DNA of 64,000 nt from Oopsacas minuta (lineage: Eukaryota > Animalia > Porifera): positions 124,001 to 188,000 of the forward strand of contig JAKMXF010000266.1 in NCBI GenBank assembly GCA_024704765.1, given 5' to 3'. This document shows positions 22,549-33,370 of this stretch, in pieces. The position numbers were made by a program, and so were the translations under genes. The notes beneath the pieces were generated by a model that ran no database searches, was not told where the DNA came from, and saw only the letters and a program-made list of their open reading frames with translations. Numbering within the stretch: position 1 is the stretch's first letter; each line of letters starts with the position of its first letter.

Positions 22549-25500
22549 TTAGGATGTTTGATTGACATCCTCAGTACTGGTGGCTCGACTATGTATAGAA
22601 CTTTCAGTGTTATTCTCTGAGTCAGAAATAAGCACAGGATCGGAAGCACACTTGTGAAAACATCCCGATTCTATATCCACTGCCACATCAGGACTTGACC
22701 AATACCCCATGATATCACAGGTGGGAGTTGGGTTAGCTAGTATGTTAGTAACTGAAGTGAGGGAAGCTAGGTTGGAAAGAGATCTGAGCCTTGAAAAACC
22801 TTCGTCTTTCTGTTTAGGAAATGGAATTGAGTAGAATTTGGTTCCATGTTGTGGTCTCTCAGACTGGTGAGTTGATATAGAGAACATTTTCCGCATCATC
22901 TTTGGGTTCTTTTTCCAGCTTTCAGCTATTGATTTCATTTTATCATGCCCGATATCCACAAGCTCATTGTGCGAAGAAAACTGTAGTAGTCCGAATCTCC
23001 CTAAAGACGGTCGTATATACTCACAATCTGATGCTTTCACTTCGTCTAATTGCTGTACTGAAGCAACGAACGTCAGGCCCCGTTGAATATCACCCATAGA
23101 TGGTATGTTAATTTTTCCTGTAAACGGGACCCATTTCTTCCATAGAATCCACCAACCACTCAAACTATAGCCATAATTTGTAAAATTATTCACAACTTCA
23201 GACGATACATCAACAGCTATAACTGTTTTAGCGCCTAATATCTTGATGACGTCAGCAGGAAGATTATTCAGATAGCCCCCGTCGACTAGCAGATTACCCT
23301 CGTGCGGCTCACAAATAGGCGGGAAATAACCAGTTAATGTCATGCTAGCACGAACATACGGCCATAACGGTCCGTTCTGATGCACACGCATTCTATTCTC
23401 AGAAATATCTGTGGTAATACAGAAGAATGGAATCCAAAGATCTTCGATCATATGATCACCCAATGCGGTTCGAATTATGTTGTTGAAATGTGAACCTGTC
23501 AGTACTGAAGTGAATGGAATTGTGACGTCAGTAATTTGGCGCCAATGTTTAGACAATGACTTGAATAGATCACTAGACATTTCTTCAACTTGCCTATAGT
23601 CACGTGCCTGGCATAACATGGCTCCAATGCATGCACCCATACTGGTGCCACCCACGATATCAATTGGTATGTCTGATTCCATTAGAGCTTTTATAACCCC
23701 CACATGTGCTCCTCCCCTAGCACCACCTCCACCCAACACCAGGCCAACGGAGCTGCCAGTCAGCCAGCGTGCTAACCGGCAGATATCACTTCGTGGCGAA
23801 ATCCTCTTAAACATATTTTCATCATCATCAGTCTCCGATTCAGGGTTCTGATCGATTTCTTGGAAAAGATAGTCTGGACAACGGATATGAAATCTTCCAC
23901 TACAATACCCAACTTCCTTCAACCACGAAGCTGTACCTTTAGGAATAACAGTAGATTCTCTATGCAGTAATACTAAAGCTCTTTGCACTAGGTTTTGAGT
24001 TGTATTTAGTTGCTTTACGATAGGACCTATCGTAGGACCATTTTCTGCTGTATCCACTATAAGAATACAATCTGCTTGTCTTAAACATCTTTTGGTCCAA
24101 CTAGTTAATCTAGCATCAGCTTGATATAACAACAATTCACTATCTTCTTCCTGTCTTTCTAGCCATGTGATAAAGTGGTAATCATGCGCGATTTTAAACA
24201 AGTTCTGACTGAAAGATTTTTGCACAGAGTAACTTGATAAAAGCCGCGAACTCCCGAATTTGTTAGTTGCTAACAAGAGCCATTCAGAAAATCGGGATAT
24301 AGGCACATTTGAGTTTGCTGCGATTATCGCGACTGTTGACACATTCTTATTACCAAGAAAGTATTGTAAATCACTACTAGGCAGCTTATTAGCAACTGGT
24401 ACTTTCTTATAAGAACCAAGTACTTTTTCTCCCAACAACTGTATTAATCTGTACACAACTTGTGGAGCTTTTACTTTAATCCAATTCAACAGACCAGTTG
24501 GTAAAGACACTAAATGAGTGTCACGAATAGCATACACGGTTGTAGCGTACGGAGATTTGGTCATAACTTCAACCATTCCGACTATATCTCCTCTCCCGAA
24601 CTCTTCAATCAGTTCTTTGTTACCCTTCTCGTTTGCTATGAAAGATCTTAAACGGCCGCTTAACACAATATAAGCAGAATCAGAGGAATCATCTTGCTTA
24701 TATAAAACTACACCAGCATCTAACGGCACCCAATTCAAAGCAAAATCAATCTGTCGCATGAAGGGAGATAGTCTGTTAATAATACTACTAGCCATTGGTA
24801 TTAGTACATGAGGTTCTTCCTTGAAAATGCTAAATAGCATAGGTTTTGACAGTAAAATCAATTGTACGTCTGTTAATGTAGTTAGTGTAGCAATGCTGGG
24901 CTCACCAGTTAGCATAGATAGTACAGCTTCAAACTCCCCAGCATGTACACAGTATAATTTTATAGGGATATCATCTGGGTTCCTGCTAGTGCATACCAGC
25001 TTACCACTGTACACGTAGTATACGAAGTCTTTTAACTCTCCCTCGGAGTATACTATAGTTCCTTTGGGCATGGTTATTAATTGGGTCATTCTATTAATGG
25101 CTGTTGCATCTTGTAATTGAAATATCTGAGCGAGAGCTTGCCTTCCTTTTTCCAGAGCTTTTGATTCTTCTTTATCAATTTCATTCGTATTTTCCTCTTG
25201 AGAATTATAATATTCTTCCTCAGTGATTAATAGCAGATCGGATATTGATGTAGGATTTAGTCTAGCTTGATGCAGAAAAGTATCAAAATCTGTTGATTGC
25301 TGTTCCTCCAGTGAAAAGCGTACGGAAGAATTCTTTTTTCGCGGAGAGACTAAATCTTTTTTGGGGGTGAGAGGCGAGTTATCATTGGTATAAGGAGCTT
25401 TATAATCTTGCAATAGCACAGCTTGTAAATCCAAATACTTATGCAAAGCAAGGAAATTTATTCGCATCAAATTAAGCGCTAATACTTGTAGAATGCGGAG

Positions 25501-26319
25501 GAATGTATCAGGATTTTTAGATAAAAATCCTTTAAAATATTCAACTTTCAGCTTTATCACTGTAGAATCTACCATTGCCTGTGCAGCTACTGTTTTGTAT
25601 ATTTGTGTATAACCTACTAGTTCTGCACTCAAACTAAGTAAACTATACACAGGATGTCCTTCTTCTACTTCGCTTATCACCAAATCTTGCTGATGCTCCA
25701 GGATATGAATACCAATTTTACCTTTGAATACTACATAAATGCTATCTTCCTTATTACCAGGACGGAATAGCCAAGCTCCTGCAGGTACAAACTGTGTCTC
25801 TACAGATTTGCAAAGTTCCATAAACATAGGTTTTTCATAATGTCCGAAAATTTGGAGATTTTTGAGGAGCAGGGAAACTTCTCTGGGAAGTGGAGTTGGT
25901 AGCGCGTCTATGTTCATATCTTCAAGAGGGTCAAAGTACTCTTGTGGTGGTCCTGAAGGGATTGAGGCTGGCTGTACGTCAGAAACACTCAATATGCGTT
26001 TCATAACACCAATGAATTGATCACGTTTTCTAACATTACGTTTACGCTTATTAAAGCCATTCTGGTTTGGCGAATTTTTGTCAGTGTTTTCTGCTTGGGA
26101 ACCAATCTTGTAATGTTTTAAACTAAAAGGTGAGAATCTTCTCCGATTTGGACGTCTTGAAATCGTGACTGTGTGGTGTGAAGTATTATCTGCATTTCGA
26201 ATCAAGAACCAGTAAATGAGGAAGAAGAAGAGTGATAGAATTATTATATTTTTCGTTTCAAGGTAGTAGAGTAACCCAGTAGTATAACTAGATCCATTAG
26301 TCATTAAATCATTAGGCAT
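22549..26319 (-). CDS. PNPLA6: Neuropathy target esterase / swiss cheese family patatin-like phospholipase (PNPLA6/7), intronless
   Basis: 1256 aa. N-terminal TM, cNMP-binding domains (FGHYEKPMFMELC; YIVLSGRLRS...EEFGRGDIVG), WTKRCLRQADCILIV, patatin motifs GGGGARG, GTSMG and DGG. PNPLA6 versus PNPLA7 is not distinguishable in an invertebrate. Confidence 0.96.
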   Translation of the reverse strand: MPNDLMTNGSSYTTGLLYYLETKNIIILSLFFFLIYWFLIRNADNTSHHTVTISRRPNRRRFSPFSLKHYKIGSQAENTDKNSPNQNGFNKRKRNVRKRDQFIGVMKRILSVSDVQPASIPSGPPQEYFDPLEDMNIDALPTPLPREVSLLLKNLQIFGHYEKPMFMELCKSVETQFVPAGAWLFRPGNKEDSIYVVFKGKIGIHILEHQQDLVISEVEEGHPVYSLLSLSAELVGYTQIYKTVAAQAMVDSTVIKLKVEYFKGFLSKNPDTFLRILQVLALNLMRINFLALHKYLDLQAVLLQDYKAPYTNDNSPLTPKKDLVSPRKKNSSVRFSLEEQQSTDFDTFLHQARLNPTSISDLLLITEEEYYNSQEENTNEIDKEESKALEKGRQALAQIFQLQDATAINRMTQLITMPKGTIVYSEGELKDFVYYVYSGKLVCTSRNPDDIPIKLYCVHAGEFEAVLSMLTGEPSIATLTTLTDVQLILLSKPMLFSIFKEEPHVLIPMASSIINRLSPFMRQIDFALNWVPLDAGVVLYKQDDSSDSAYIVLSGRLRSFIANEKGNKELIEEFGRGDIVGMVEVMTKSPYATTVYAIRDTHLVSLPTGLLNWIKVKAPQVVYRLIQLLGEKVLGSYKKVPVANKLPSSDLQYFLGNKNVSTVAIIAANSNVPISRFSEWLLLATNKFGSSRLLSSYSVQKSFSQNLFKIAHDYHFITWLERQEEDSELLLYQADARLTSWTKRCLRQADCILIVDTAENGPTIGPIVKQLNTTQNLVQRALVLLHRESTVIPKGTASWLKEVGYCSGRFHIRCPDYLFQEIDQNPESETDDDENMFKRISPRSDICRLARWLTGSSVGLVLGGGGARGGAHVGVIKALMESDIPIDIVGGTSMGACIGAMLCQARDYRQVEEMSSDLFKSLSKHWRQITDVTIPFTSVLTGSHFNNIIRTALGDHMIEDLWIPFFCITTDISENRMRVHQNGPLWPYVRASMTLTGYFPPICEPHEGNLLVDGGYLNNLPADVIKILGAKTVIAVDVSSEVVNNFTNYGYSLSGWWILWKKWVPFTGKINIPSMGDIQRGLTFVASVQQLDEVKASDCEYIRPSLGRFGLLQFSSHNELVDIGHDKMKSIAESWKKNPKMMRKMFSISTHQSERPQHGTKFYSIPFPKQKDEGFSRLRSLSNLASLTSVTNILANPTPTCDIMGYWSSPDVAVDIESGCFHKCASDPVLISDSENNTESSIHSRATSTEDVNQTS

Positions 26320-26631
26320 GTCGACGATTTTCCCTAACTTTTCAAATTCGTCTTTTTATACATGTAAAACGTGGTATTACGCTATAGTCAGTGCATTATT
26401 CATAATTACACCACCATAACATCTAACAATCTAAATATTAATACAGAATATATTGAATAAGGATACGTAGATGGATGTAATTGAATTGGTCTACCCTGTG
26501 AATTACTCTGCATTGCTAACGAAATTGGCGAATAGACGTACGTACGTGTGTTAAGTTGTATGCCTATTTCATAATATGCTGACCTGCGTAATTAACGTAT
26601 TCTTAGTAATTTATTCAATTATTAATAATTA

Positions 26632-26784
26632 CAGTCGAGTTCGTTTGCAAACTATCAACTTGTATTTCTCACGAATTTCAGTTGCTAATACCCGAAGTTG
26701 CAAAAAGGGGAATACAAAATCTTCACTTGGGAGCTGAAAATAGGTTGCTAATATGCGAAAATTGTTAATAAGTGAACTCTATTG
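26632..26784. mobile_element. Degenerate pogo/Tigger-like MITE
   Basis: TA-CAGTCGAGTTCG at the left end and TGAACTCTATTG-TA at the right end (reverse complement TA-CAATAGAGTTCA): imperfect TIRs with TA flanks. Confidence 0.5.
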
Positions 26785-27044
26785 TAATACCTAAACGTAA
26801 AATCATGTGTCCTGATTTTTGGGAGCAAACATACAATAATCTGTTTGATGATATAGCTATAGTTCAAGGAATTAGCAAAGATTTAGACTTTTCCTGTGAT
26901 GCGTAGAAATATAATGAATCTGGATGAGCTATTAGCTATTGATAATCAGAATAACAGCTGTAAAACTAATATTATCCAATAAATGTAATTACAGTCTATA
27001 CCTATGTAGAGTTTATACTTCTCAATGCAAACTGACTGTATAGG

Positions 27045-28010
27045 TCACCATTTCTTATTCCCTGATTTACTCAATAACTGTTCACCAATCATCCTGCTGG
27101 ATGGTTCTTCCTCGAAGTATTCAGGCGCTAATTAAGTGTGATAAAATACAGAAAATGTTTGAAAAAAATTAACCTTACGATGTAAATAGTCCTCAAAGCC
27201 TATCGTCGTATCTTTTCCAAGTAGTACATCTAAGCTGATAGAGTTACTTTGTAGCGGTGGAAGCCGTTGATTCTATGTAAAATAGGAATACTTGTATGAA
27301 ACTAAAATAAACGCGATTAGCCGTATATTAATTATATACCTTGGATGCTATGTGTCTCTCAAATTCCAAAATCATTGGAAAACTGATTCCGTAAGTGGTT
27401 CTTAGAAGATCGAGTTTGAGATCTTCTTGTTTGAGATCATACTAATAAATGTATACATAACTATTAATACGAATTTCCAAATAAGAAGAACAAATATTTA
27501 CACAAAATAAGGTCAGTTCGATACGTATTCAATTGCCATTCCACCGGTTAATACTCCAGATAAAGCAAACAAGTTTTGGTGTTCATATTAACGAGCTTCC
27601 ACCGTAATTATAAGTACCACAAGAACTCACATTTTTCTCTCCAACTTCCAAAGGATGTGCAACTGCCAACTCATTCTTTACTTTCTGATATCTATTATTG
27701 TATAAAACTGATACAATACAAATTTTATATTGATAAAGCTGACAACCTACATAATAGAACTGTAAGACTAATCATTTACTGATAAAAAGTGAAATGAAAG
27801 TAGAATATAATCATAAACCACATGCCATGAGTGTAATGCACACATGATATCCGTCTGAATAATATTAACTAACCCTTGAGAGATGGGATGAAGCGTTTCA
27901 GGAGGTTGAGGGACTTGACTGACTACAGTTTTCGTTACAGAAGTTGTTGACTAATGAGAAATAACGTAAAATATGACATTTATAAGATATTAATTCAATA
28001 TTCTCACCAT
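27045..28010 (-). CDS. POMP: Proteasome maturation protein (POMP/Ump1), six exons; absent from the ORF track
   Basis: Exons 28010-28008 (ATG only), 27950-27874, 27691-27631, 27441-27340, 27272-27179, 27127-27045, all GT-AG. Product ...GYQKVKNELAVAHPLEVGEKN YDLKQEDLKLDLLRTTYGISFPMILEFERHIASK NQRLPPLQSNSISLDVLLGKDTTIGFEDYL... matches recalled POMP (VKNELLPSHPLE...QRLPFLSSSNLSLDVLRGNDETIGFEDIL). Confidence 0.9.
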
Positions 28011-28274
28011 TTTATAGCGTGTGGGAGATTAACAAATTGATAAGAGTGCTACTAATCAATAAATTAGTAGGAAAATTCAGCTATTTATTCTGGAATTATT
28101 TAGTGAAAAAAATGGAGCATATTTTAAAATTCGAAAAAGTGCAAAAAGCCAATTTTATCGCCATACTGATGGTATAATATCCACAATATGAAAATAAAAT
28201 TCTAGTAATAATGATCATTGGTAGCTAATGGTTACTAAAATTCAAAATCGGCAATTACGTAATCTCATACTTTC

Positions 28275-29872
28275 CTAATGAAGTGAAATGCTATAGAGTT
28301 TGGCTAATACAGAAAGATCAGCAGAAGAATCCTTGATATTCTGAAAAAGCTGCTGACAGCGAGCTTTATCCTCTTTCGACAGAAACATAGTCGCTACATT
28401 GAATCTAGGAACCTGAGCAATATACGTTAATTCCTCCAGATAAGTTAATTCGTTATGTATGTAGAAATCAGTGAATAATCGTAGGAGATGTGTTAGACCA
28501 TCATTTTCAAGAAATTGTACTAATAGCTTAGGATATTGATTGGGTGGAATTGAGTGGAAGTATTTGAAAAATAATTCTGGCTCTTTTTTCAATGTTTTCC
28601 AATTATTCATGAATTGAGATGAGTTAGTAGTGGGTGCAGTTGGTACTGTAATGGGTCTTGGAGGGGAGCTAGGTAGAGCTACTTTACGCACGATTTTCTG
28701 TACATTTTCAGGCTCATGGTGTGGTGTATCTTCTTTAGAAGTTTCGAATATTTCCGACATTATTTCAGTGCTACTTTTCGGGATTCTCTCTCCATCATCC
28801 GATTCAGTTCCACTCCCACTCCCAACTTCTTCGATTTGAACTTTGATCATCGGTTTTTTAGACATTAAATGTTGAGGCTTTTCAACTGCTTTAAACTGTC
28901 CTTCTAACTCAGGATTAAGATTCACATGTATTTTATGGATATAATCTTTAGCCGGTTGATTATTGGGTTCTAATTCTAAACAATTATTGAAATCAGATCT
29001 AGCTGCTTCGTAATGTTCTAAATTGTACCTTGCTAGTCCTCTACGATAGAGAGCCTTCACATTCTTTGGGTTGCTATGGAGTACATCCGTACAGTCCTGC
29101 TCAGCTGCTGCGTATTTATCAATCTTTATGAGAGCTAGTGCTCTGTTCGTGAGAGTAGATTCTGAGTGAGGATTCATCTGGATTGATCTACTGTAGTGCT
29201 CAATTGCTTCTCTGTATTTCATGGCTTTGAAATGTTCATTACCTTGAAATTATAAATTTTCAACTATATATCGTAATGATATTAGAAAGGTTAGGAATAG
29301 TGTGGCCAGATTATATAGTGCATGCCACAAACTTGAATTCTGATGCTAAGTTTATGCCATAAGTCTAATGCCAAAAAGCCAAAATCTATGAACTCTGTTC
29401 ATGACCTGTCAACACTGGCTTGTTTTCACAATTTATATTTACTCTCACCTATCTTTCTTTCTGCTTCAGCTCTCTCCTCCTGAATCTCCTCATCGTCTCT
29501 CCCAGAATTATCAGAATTATCCTCTACTTCAGATTCAGAACTACTATCCATCTCTTGTAATGCACCATCTACATCTAACTTATCCCAAGCTGAGTAATCA
29601 TATGCATTGATTTTATCTTTCCGTTTTCCTTTCTTATTTATATCTTTCTTACTTTCATTCTTTTGTCTTTGTTTTTGTTTTAGAGATATGTTTGATGCGT
29701 TTCTAACTGGAGGTATCGTTGGTTTCAGAATAGATTTTGAATCAGAGATCGATCGGTCCTTCTGTTTACTGTCACTTTCCCAGTTATCTAACTCTCGCAA
29801 ATAATCTTGTAATTCACTCGCGTTTATTCTAACTTGATTTTGTAAATTGAAAGCTTTTGATTCCGCAGACAT
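28275..29872 (-). CDS. RPAP3: RNA polymerase II-associated protein 3 (R2TP co-chaperone; TPR plus RPAP3_C), two exons
   Basis: Likely start MSAESKAFNLQNQVRINASELQDYLRELDNWE at 29872, matching the RPAP3 N-terminus. Exon 1 is 29872-29449 and exon 2 is 29242-28275. One TPR triplet (GNEHFKAMKYREAIEHY...NRALA...KALYRRG) and RPAP3_C (QFMNNW...VPRFNVATMFLSKEDK). Confidence 0.9.
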
Positions 29873-30061
29873 TTCTTTCGAATCTGAAATAAATACTAAT
29901 TGGTTAGATAAACTTTCATCAAAGCAAATTGAAAGATATATCACATTTTCACTGTAACTTAACTATGGATAAGCCAGAACTAGAAATAAATCAATCTATT
30001 AGATGCTAAGAATTTGATTTTTTCCATTTTCTTATATTAATTTCTTCCTCTAGCAATTTTC
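29873..30061. promoter_or_regulatory. Putative bidirectional promoter between RPAP3 and HSD17B10
   Basis: 189-bp head-to-head gap between the two start codons. Inferred from geometry only; no motif identified. Confidence 0.35.
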
Positions 30062-30934
30062 ATGAAACCCTTAGTAGCAATCGTAACAGGTGGAGCCTCT
30101 GGGCTAGGTAGAGGCACTGTAGCACGGCTAGTACGTAACGGAGCTAAAGGGGTGGTTATAGCCGACCTACCCACAGTGGATGGAGATAAAGTTGCTAAAG
30201 AAATTGGAGGAAATTGCTTGTTTGCACCCTGTGATGTCACTACAGAAAATGGAGTCCAATCAGCTATTGAGTTAGCTAAAGGTAAATTCGGGAATTTGAC
30301 AGTAGTAGTCAATTGTGCTGGAGTTGCAATTGCAAAGAAAACACTATCATCCAAAGGACCACATCCCCTAGACGAATTTAATAAAGTTATACAGGTTTGT
30401 ATATTGTTTTTGCAGTATAGTCAACTCCTGTTCCCTTGAGCTTCGATATAACAGGAGTTGATTGTACTACTACTGGTAAAAATTTAATACCGACATATTT
30501 AGGTGAATGTAATCGGTACATTCAACACCGTCCGTCTAGCTGCTTTAGCAATGTCAAAGAACGACGCTTATACCCCAGATGGAGAGAGAGGAGTTATAGT
30601 TAACACGGCAAGCGTTGCTGCTTTTGAAGGACAAAAGGGTCAAGCAGCTTATTCAGCAAGCAAGGGAGCTATAGCGGGTATGACACTGCCTTTGAGCAGA
30701 GATCTAGCTAAGCATGGAATTAGAGTTTGTACAATTGCTCCTGGCTTGTTTATGACACCAATGCTAGCAGGGTTACCTCAGAAAGAGAGAGATAGATTAT
30801 CCTCAGTGATACCATTCCCAGCTAGACTAGGAGATGTAGATGAATATGCAAAATTGGTAGAGTCTATAATAGACAATAATATGTTGAATGGGGAAGTAAT
30901 TCGGCTTGATGGTGCTGTACGTCTACCTTACTAA
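30062..30934 (+). CDS. HSD17B10: 3-hydroxyacyl-CoA dehydrogenase type-2 (HSD10/scully), two exons
   Basis: Exons 30062-30394 and 30503-30934. [75 protein letters not shown]. Confidence 0.96.
30418..30464. mobile_element. 47-bp internally deleted copy of the CAGTCAACTCCCG MITE family, in the HSD17B10 intron
   Basis: TA-TAGTCAACTCCTGTT...AACAGGAGTTGATTG-TA hairpin. Contains GAGCTTCGATATAAC, the reverse complement of the family's GTTATATCGAAGCTC motif. Confidence 0.65.
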
Positions 30935-31252
30935 ATTATATGATACGCCTCGTACTTATTAGTCTATTATCTTCAAATAATCATTTTTATTCGGAAAAAT
31001 AAACTTCGATTTTGATTTGTTTGGGGTGGAAAATTATTTTAGTGATAAATAATTAAGCCCCAGTATATGTAATTATGATGTCGAGAATTGTCCTGAGACA
31101 CAATTTTCGTGAAGATGGCACTCTGACATACATTTTTGCAATTTTGAGCATATAAAACGGAGTTATAGTTTTCGAGATATGGCTATGCAAAGTTGTTGAT
31201 CCACAAGCAATTGTGACATAACTGAATTATACAATTTTCAGATTAGCATATA

Positions 31253-31675
31253 ATGAAAGTAACATCCCTTATATTGTATACGCTATTACTCGTTTATTTG
31301 GCTACATGTGAAGGTGAACAACCAAAAAAGGTACAGATAGGAATAAAGAAGAGAGTTGAGAATTGTGTTAGGAAATCAAAGAGAGGTGACTCACTATCTA
31401 TGCACTATGCAGGTACACTAGAGGATGGAAAAGAATTTGATAGTTCGTATTCTAGAAATAAGCCGTTTACATTTACCCTTGGTGCGGGACAAGTTATAAA
31501 GGGGTGGGACCAAGGACTGTTGAACATGTGTGAAGGTGAAAAGAGGAAGTTGGTTATCCCACCTGAACTGGGGTACGGCGACAGGGGAGCTCCACCCTCT
31601 ATTCCAGGGGGAGCAACTCTGATATTCGAGGTAGAGCTGATCTCAATCGAAACGAAGAGTTCCAAAGAACTCTAA
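31253..31675 (+). CDS. FKBP2: ER peptidyl-prolyl isomerase FKBP2 (FKBP13), intronless
   Basis: 140 aa. Signal peptide, [78 protein letters not shown]-terminal KEL ER-retention-like motif. Confidence 0.97.
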   Translation: MKVTSLILYTLLLVYLATCEGEQPKKVQIGIKKRVENCVRKSKRGDSLSMHYAGTLEDGKEFDSSYSRNKPFTFTLGAGQVIKGWDQGLLNMCEGEKRKLVIPPELGYGDRGAPPSIPGGATLIFEVELISIETKSSKEL

Positions 31676-32313
31676 ATTTGATTGACAATATTGTTTTAGA
31701 AATTTCAGATTTATAATAGACATCTTACTATAGCTCTAGGGAAATATAAATAGGTATTGTGTATATCTTATTCAACCAATGCAGGACTTCAACTTTTATA
31801 ACTAAAATCAATTATACCGTAGCATACCATTGACAGGGATATCTACTGGTTGGCCACGTAGCTCTATCCAGTGCAAGGAGCTTAGGTTTTCCTATGAGGT
31901 ATAGTCCTGCACTCTGTCCTACATACAGTTTGCCACTCCTTCTGTACAAGGAGACGGTAATGCACTGCATATTCCTTGTACTTCTAAGAGTATTACGCTC
32001 TTAGGGGATAAACCATGCAAGGCACATTGATATGTTCCTACATGAATGATACTATTATGTTTGTATTACTAATGCAAGCATTCTCCATAAATATGTTCGT
32101 AGCCACCGTTGATATTTGACAATCATTATTTCTTTTAATTTTTATACAAATTACCACGCAATCTAACCTACGTATTATGATGCGAATAATTTAGTATATG
32201 TATCCAGCATAATTCTCTGTAATTGTAAACGTATTACTTATGATCTACGTGGAGTTCTGACCCTATAAAATTACATTGTTTATTATATTCGTTAGAATAT
32301 AATTGTTCTTATT

Positions 32314-32952
32314 ATGTCTGAAAAATACGATTTTCTTGTCAAATTCCTTGTGATTGGCTGTGCTGGTGTGGGTAAATCCTCAATTCTGCATCATTTCATC
32401 GAAGGCAAGTTCAAACAAGAGACTAATCATACGATCGGTGTAGAGTTCGGTTCAAAGGTCATACAAGCTGGTGGAAAGTCCGCTAAGCTCCAGATTTGGG
32501 ACACAGCGGGACAGGAACGTTTCCGATCCGTTACCAGGAGCTATTACAGAGGAGCTGCTGGTGCTCTACTCGTCTATGATATTTCTAGCAGGGAGACATA
32601 CACTAATCTAATGAGTTGGCTATCTGATGCGCGTACTCTTGCTAACCCCAATATCGTTATTATCATGGTAGGCAACAAGAAAGATCTAGAGAAGGACCGT
32701 GAAGTAACCTTCCTGGAAGCTAGTCAGTTTGCACAAGAACATGATTTGATGTTCTTAGAAACCAGTGCTATGTCCGGAGAAAATGTAGAAGATGCGTTCT
32801 TGACATGTTCACGAAGTATCCTCGGGAAAATCGAGTCAGGAGAACTGAATCCTGATGCGGTCGGCTCTGGCATACAATACGGCGAGGCGAGCATGCGACG
32901 ACTAGAACACCGAGATCAGAAACGTACGGGAGGAGGATGTCGATGTGTGTAA
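32314..32952 (+). CDS. RAB4: Ras-related protein Rab-4, intronless
   Basis: 212 aa. [77 protein letters not shown] (Rab4 signature), terminal CRCV. Confidence 0.96.
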   Translation: MSEKYDFLVKFLVIGCAGVGKSSILHHFIEGKFKQETNHTIGVEFGSKVIQAGGKSAKLQIWDTAGQERFRSVTRSYYRGAAGALLVYDISSRETYTNLMSWLSDARTLANPNIVIIMVGNKKDLEKDREVTFLEASQFAQEHDLMFLETSAMSGENVEDAFLTCSRSILGKIESGELNPDAVGSGIQYGEASMRRLEHRDQKRTGGGCRCV

Positions 32953-33184
32953 CTCCCTCGCACTCTAACTACCCTCATCTCCTGTTTGTTAGCTTCCCAC
33001 TAATTTCCTATTTACTATAATTGCTGTACATATCCTCGTTTGTAGGAGAGAGATAACTATTGTGTTGTGTATTTGAATGTGTTCTCTTTGACTGATTGTC
33101 TATTCTTATTCTTATTACATGTTATACACTATTAGATATTATAGTACTCTGTTAGGTAATAATTTTCTACCCATAATAGAAATA

Positions 33185-33281
33185 CGGTCAAATCCCGTTA
33201 TATTGAAGCTCAAGGGACCGCGGTACCTACTTAGATATTTCCGGTGTAGTAACGTTACTTTGACGGTAACGGAGTTGACTG
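33185..33281. mobile_element. MITE, CAGTCAACTCCCG family
   Basis: TA-CGGTCAAATCCCGTTATATTGAAGCTCAAGGGACCGCG ... ACGGAGTTGACTG-TA. TIRs and internal motif are shared with copies at ~30418, ~38447, ~40041 and ~56858. Confidence 0.7.
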
Positions 33282-33370
33282 TACAAAAGTGTATCTTTTG
33301 GAAATAGGAAATTATATAACATGAGAATTACGAATCTTCTTATCCATGGTTAGCTTATATATTTCAGCTT

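Noticed and set aside
29873-29944. ORF-track N-terminus MIYLSICF... for RPAP3
   Set aside because: RPAP3 homology starts at the Met at 29872, and a strong acceptor-like site lies between the two starts.
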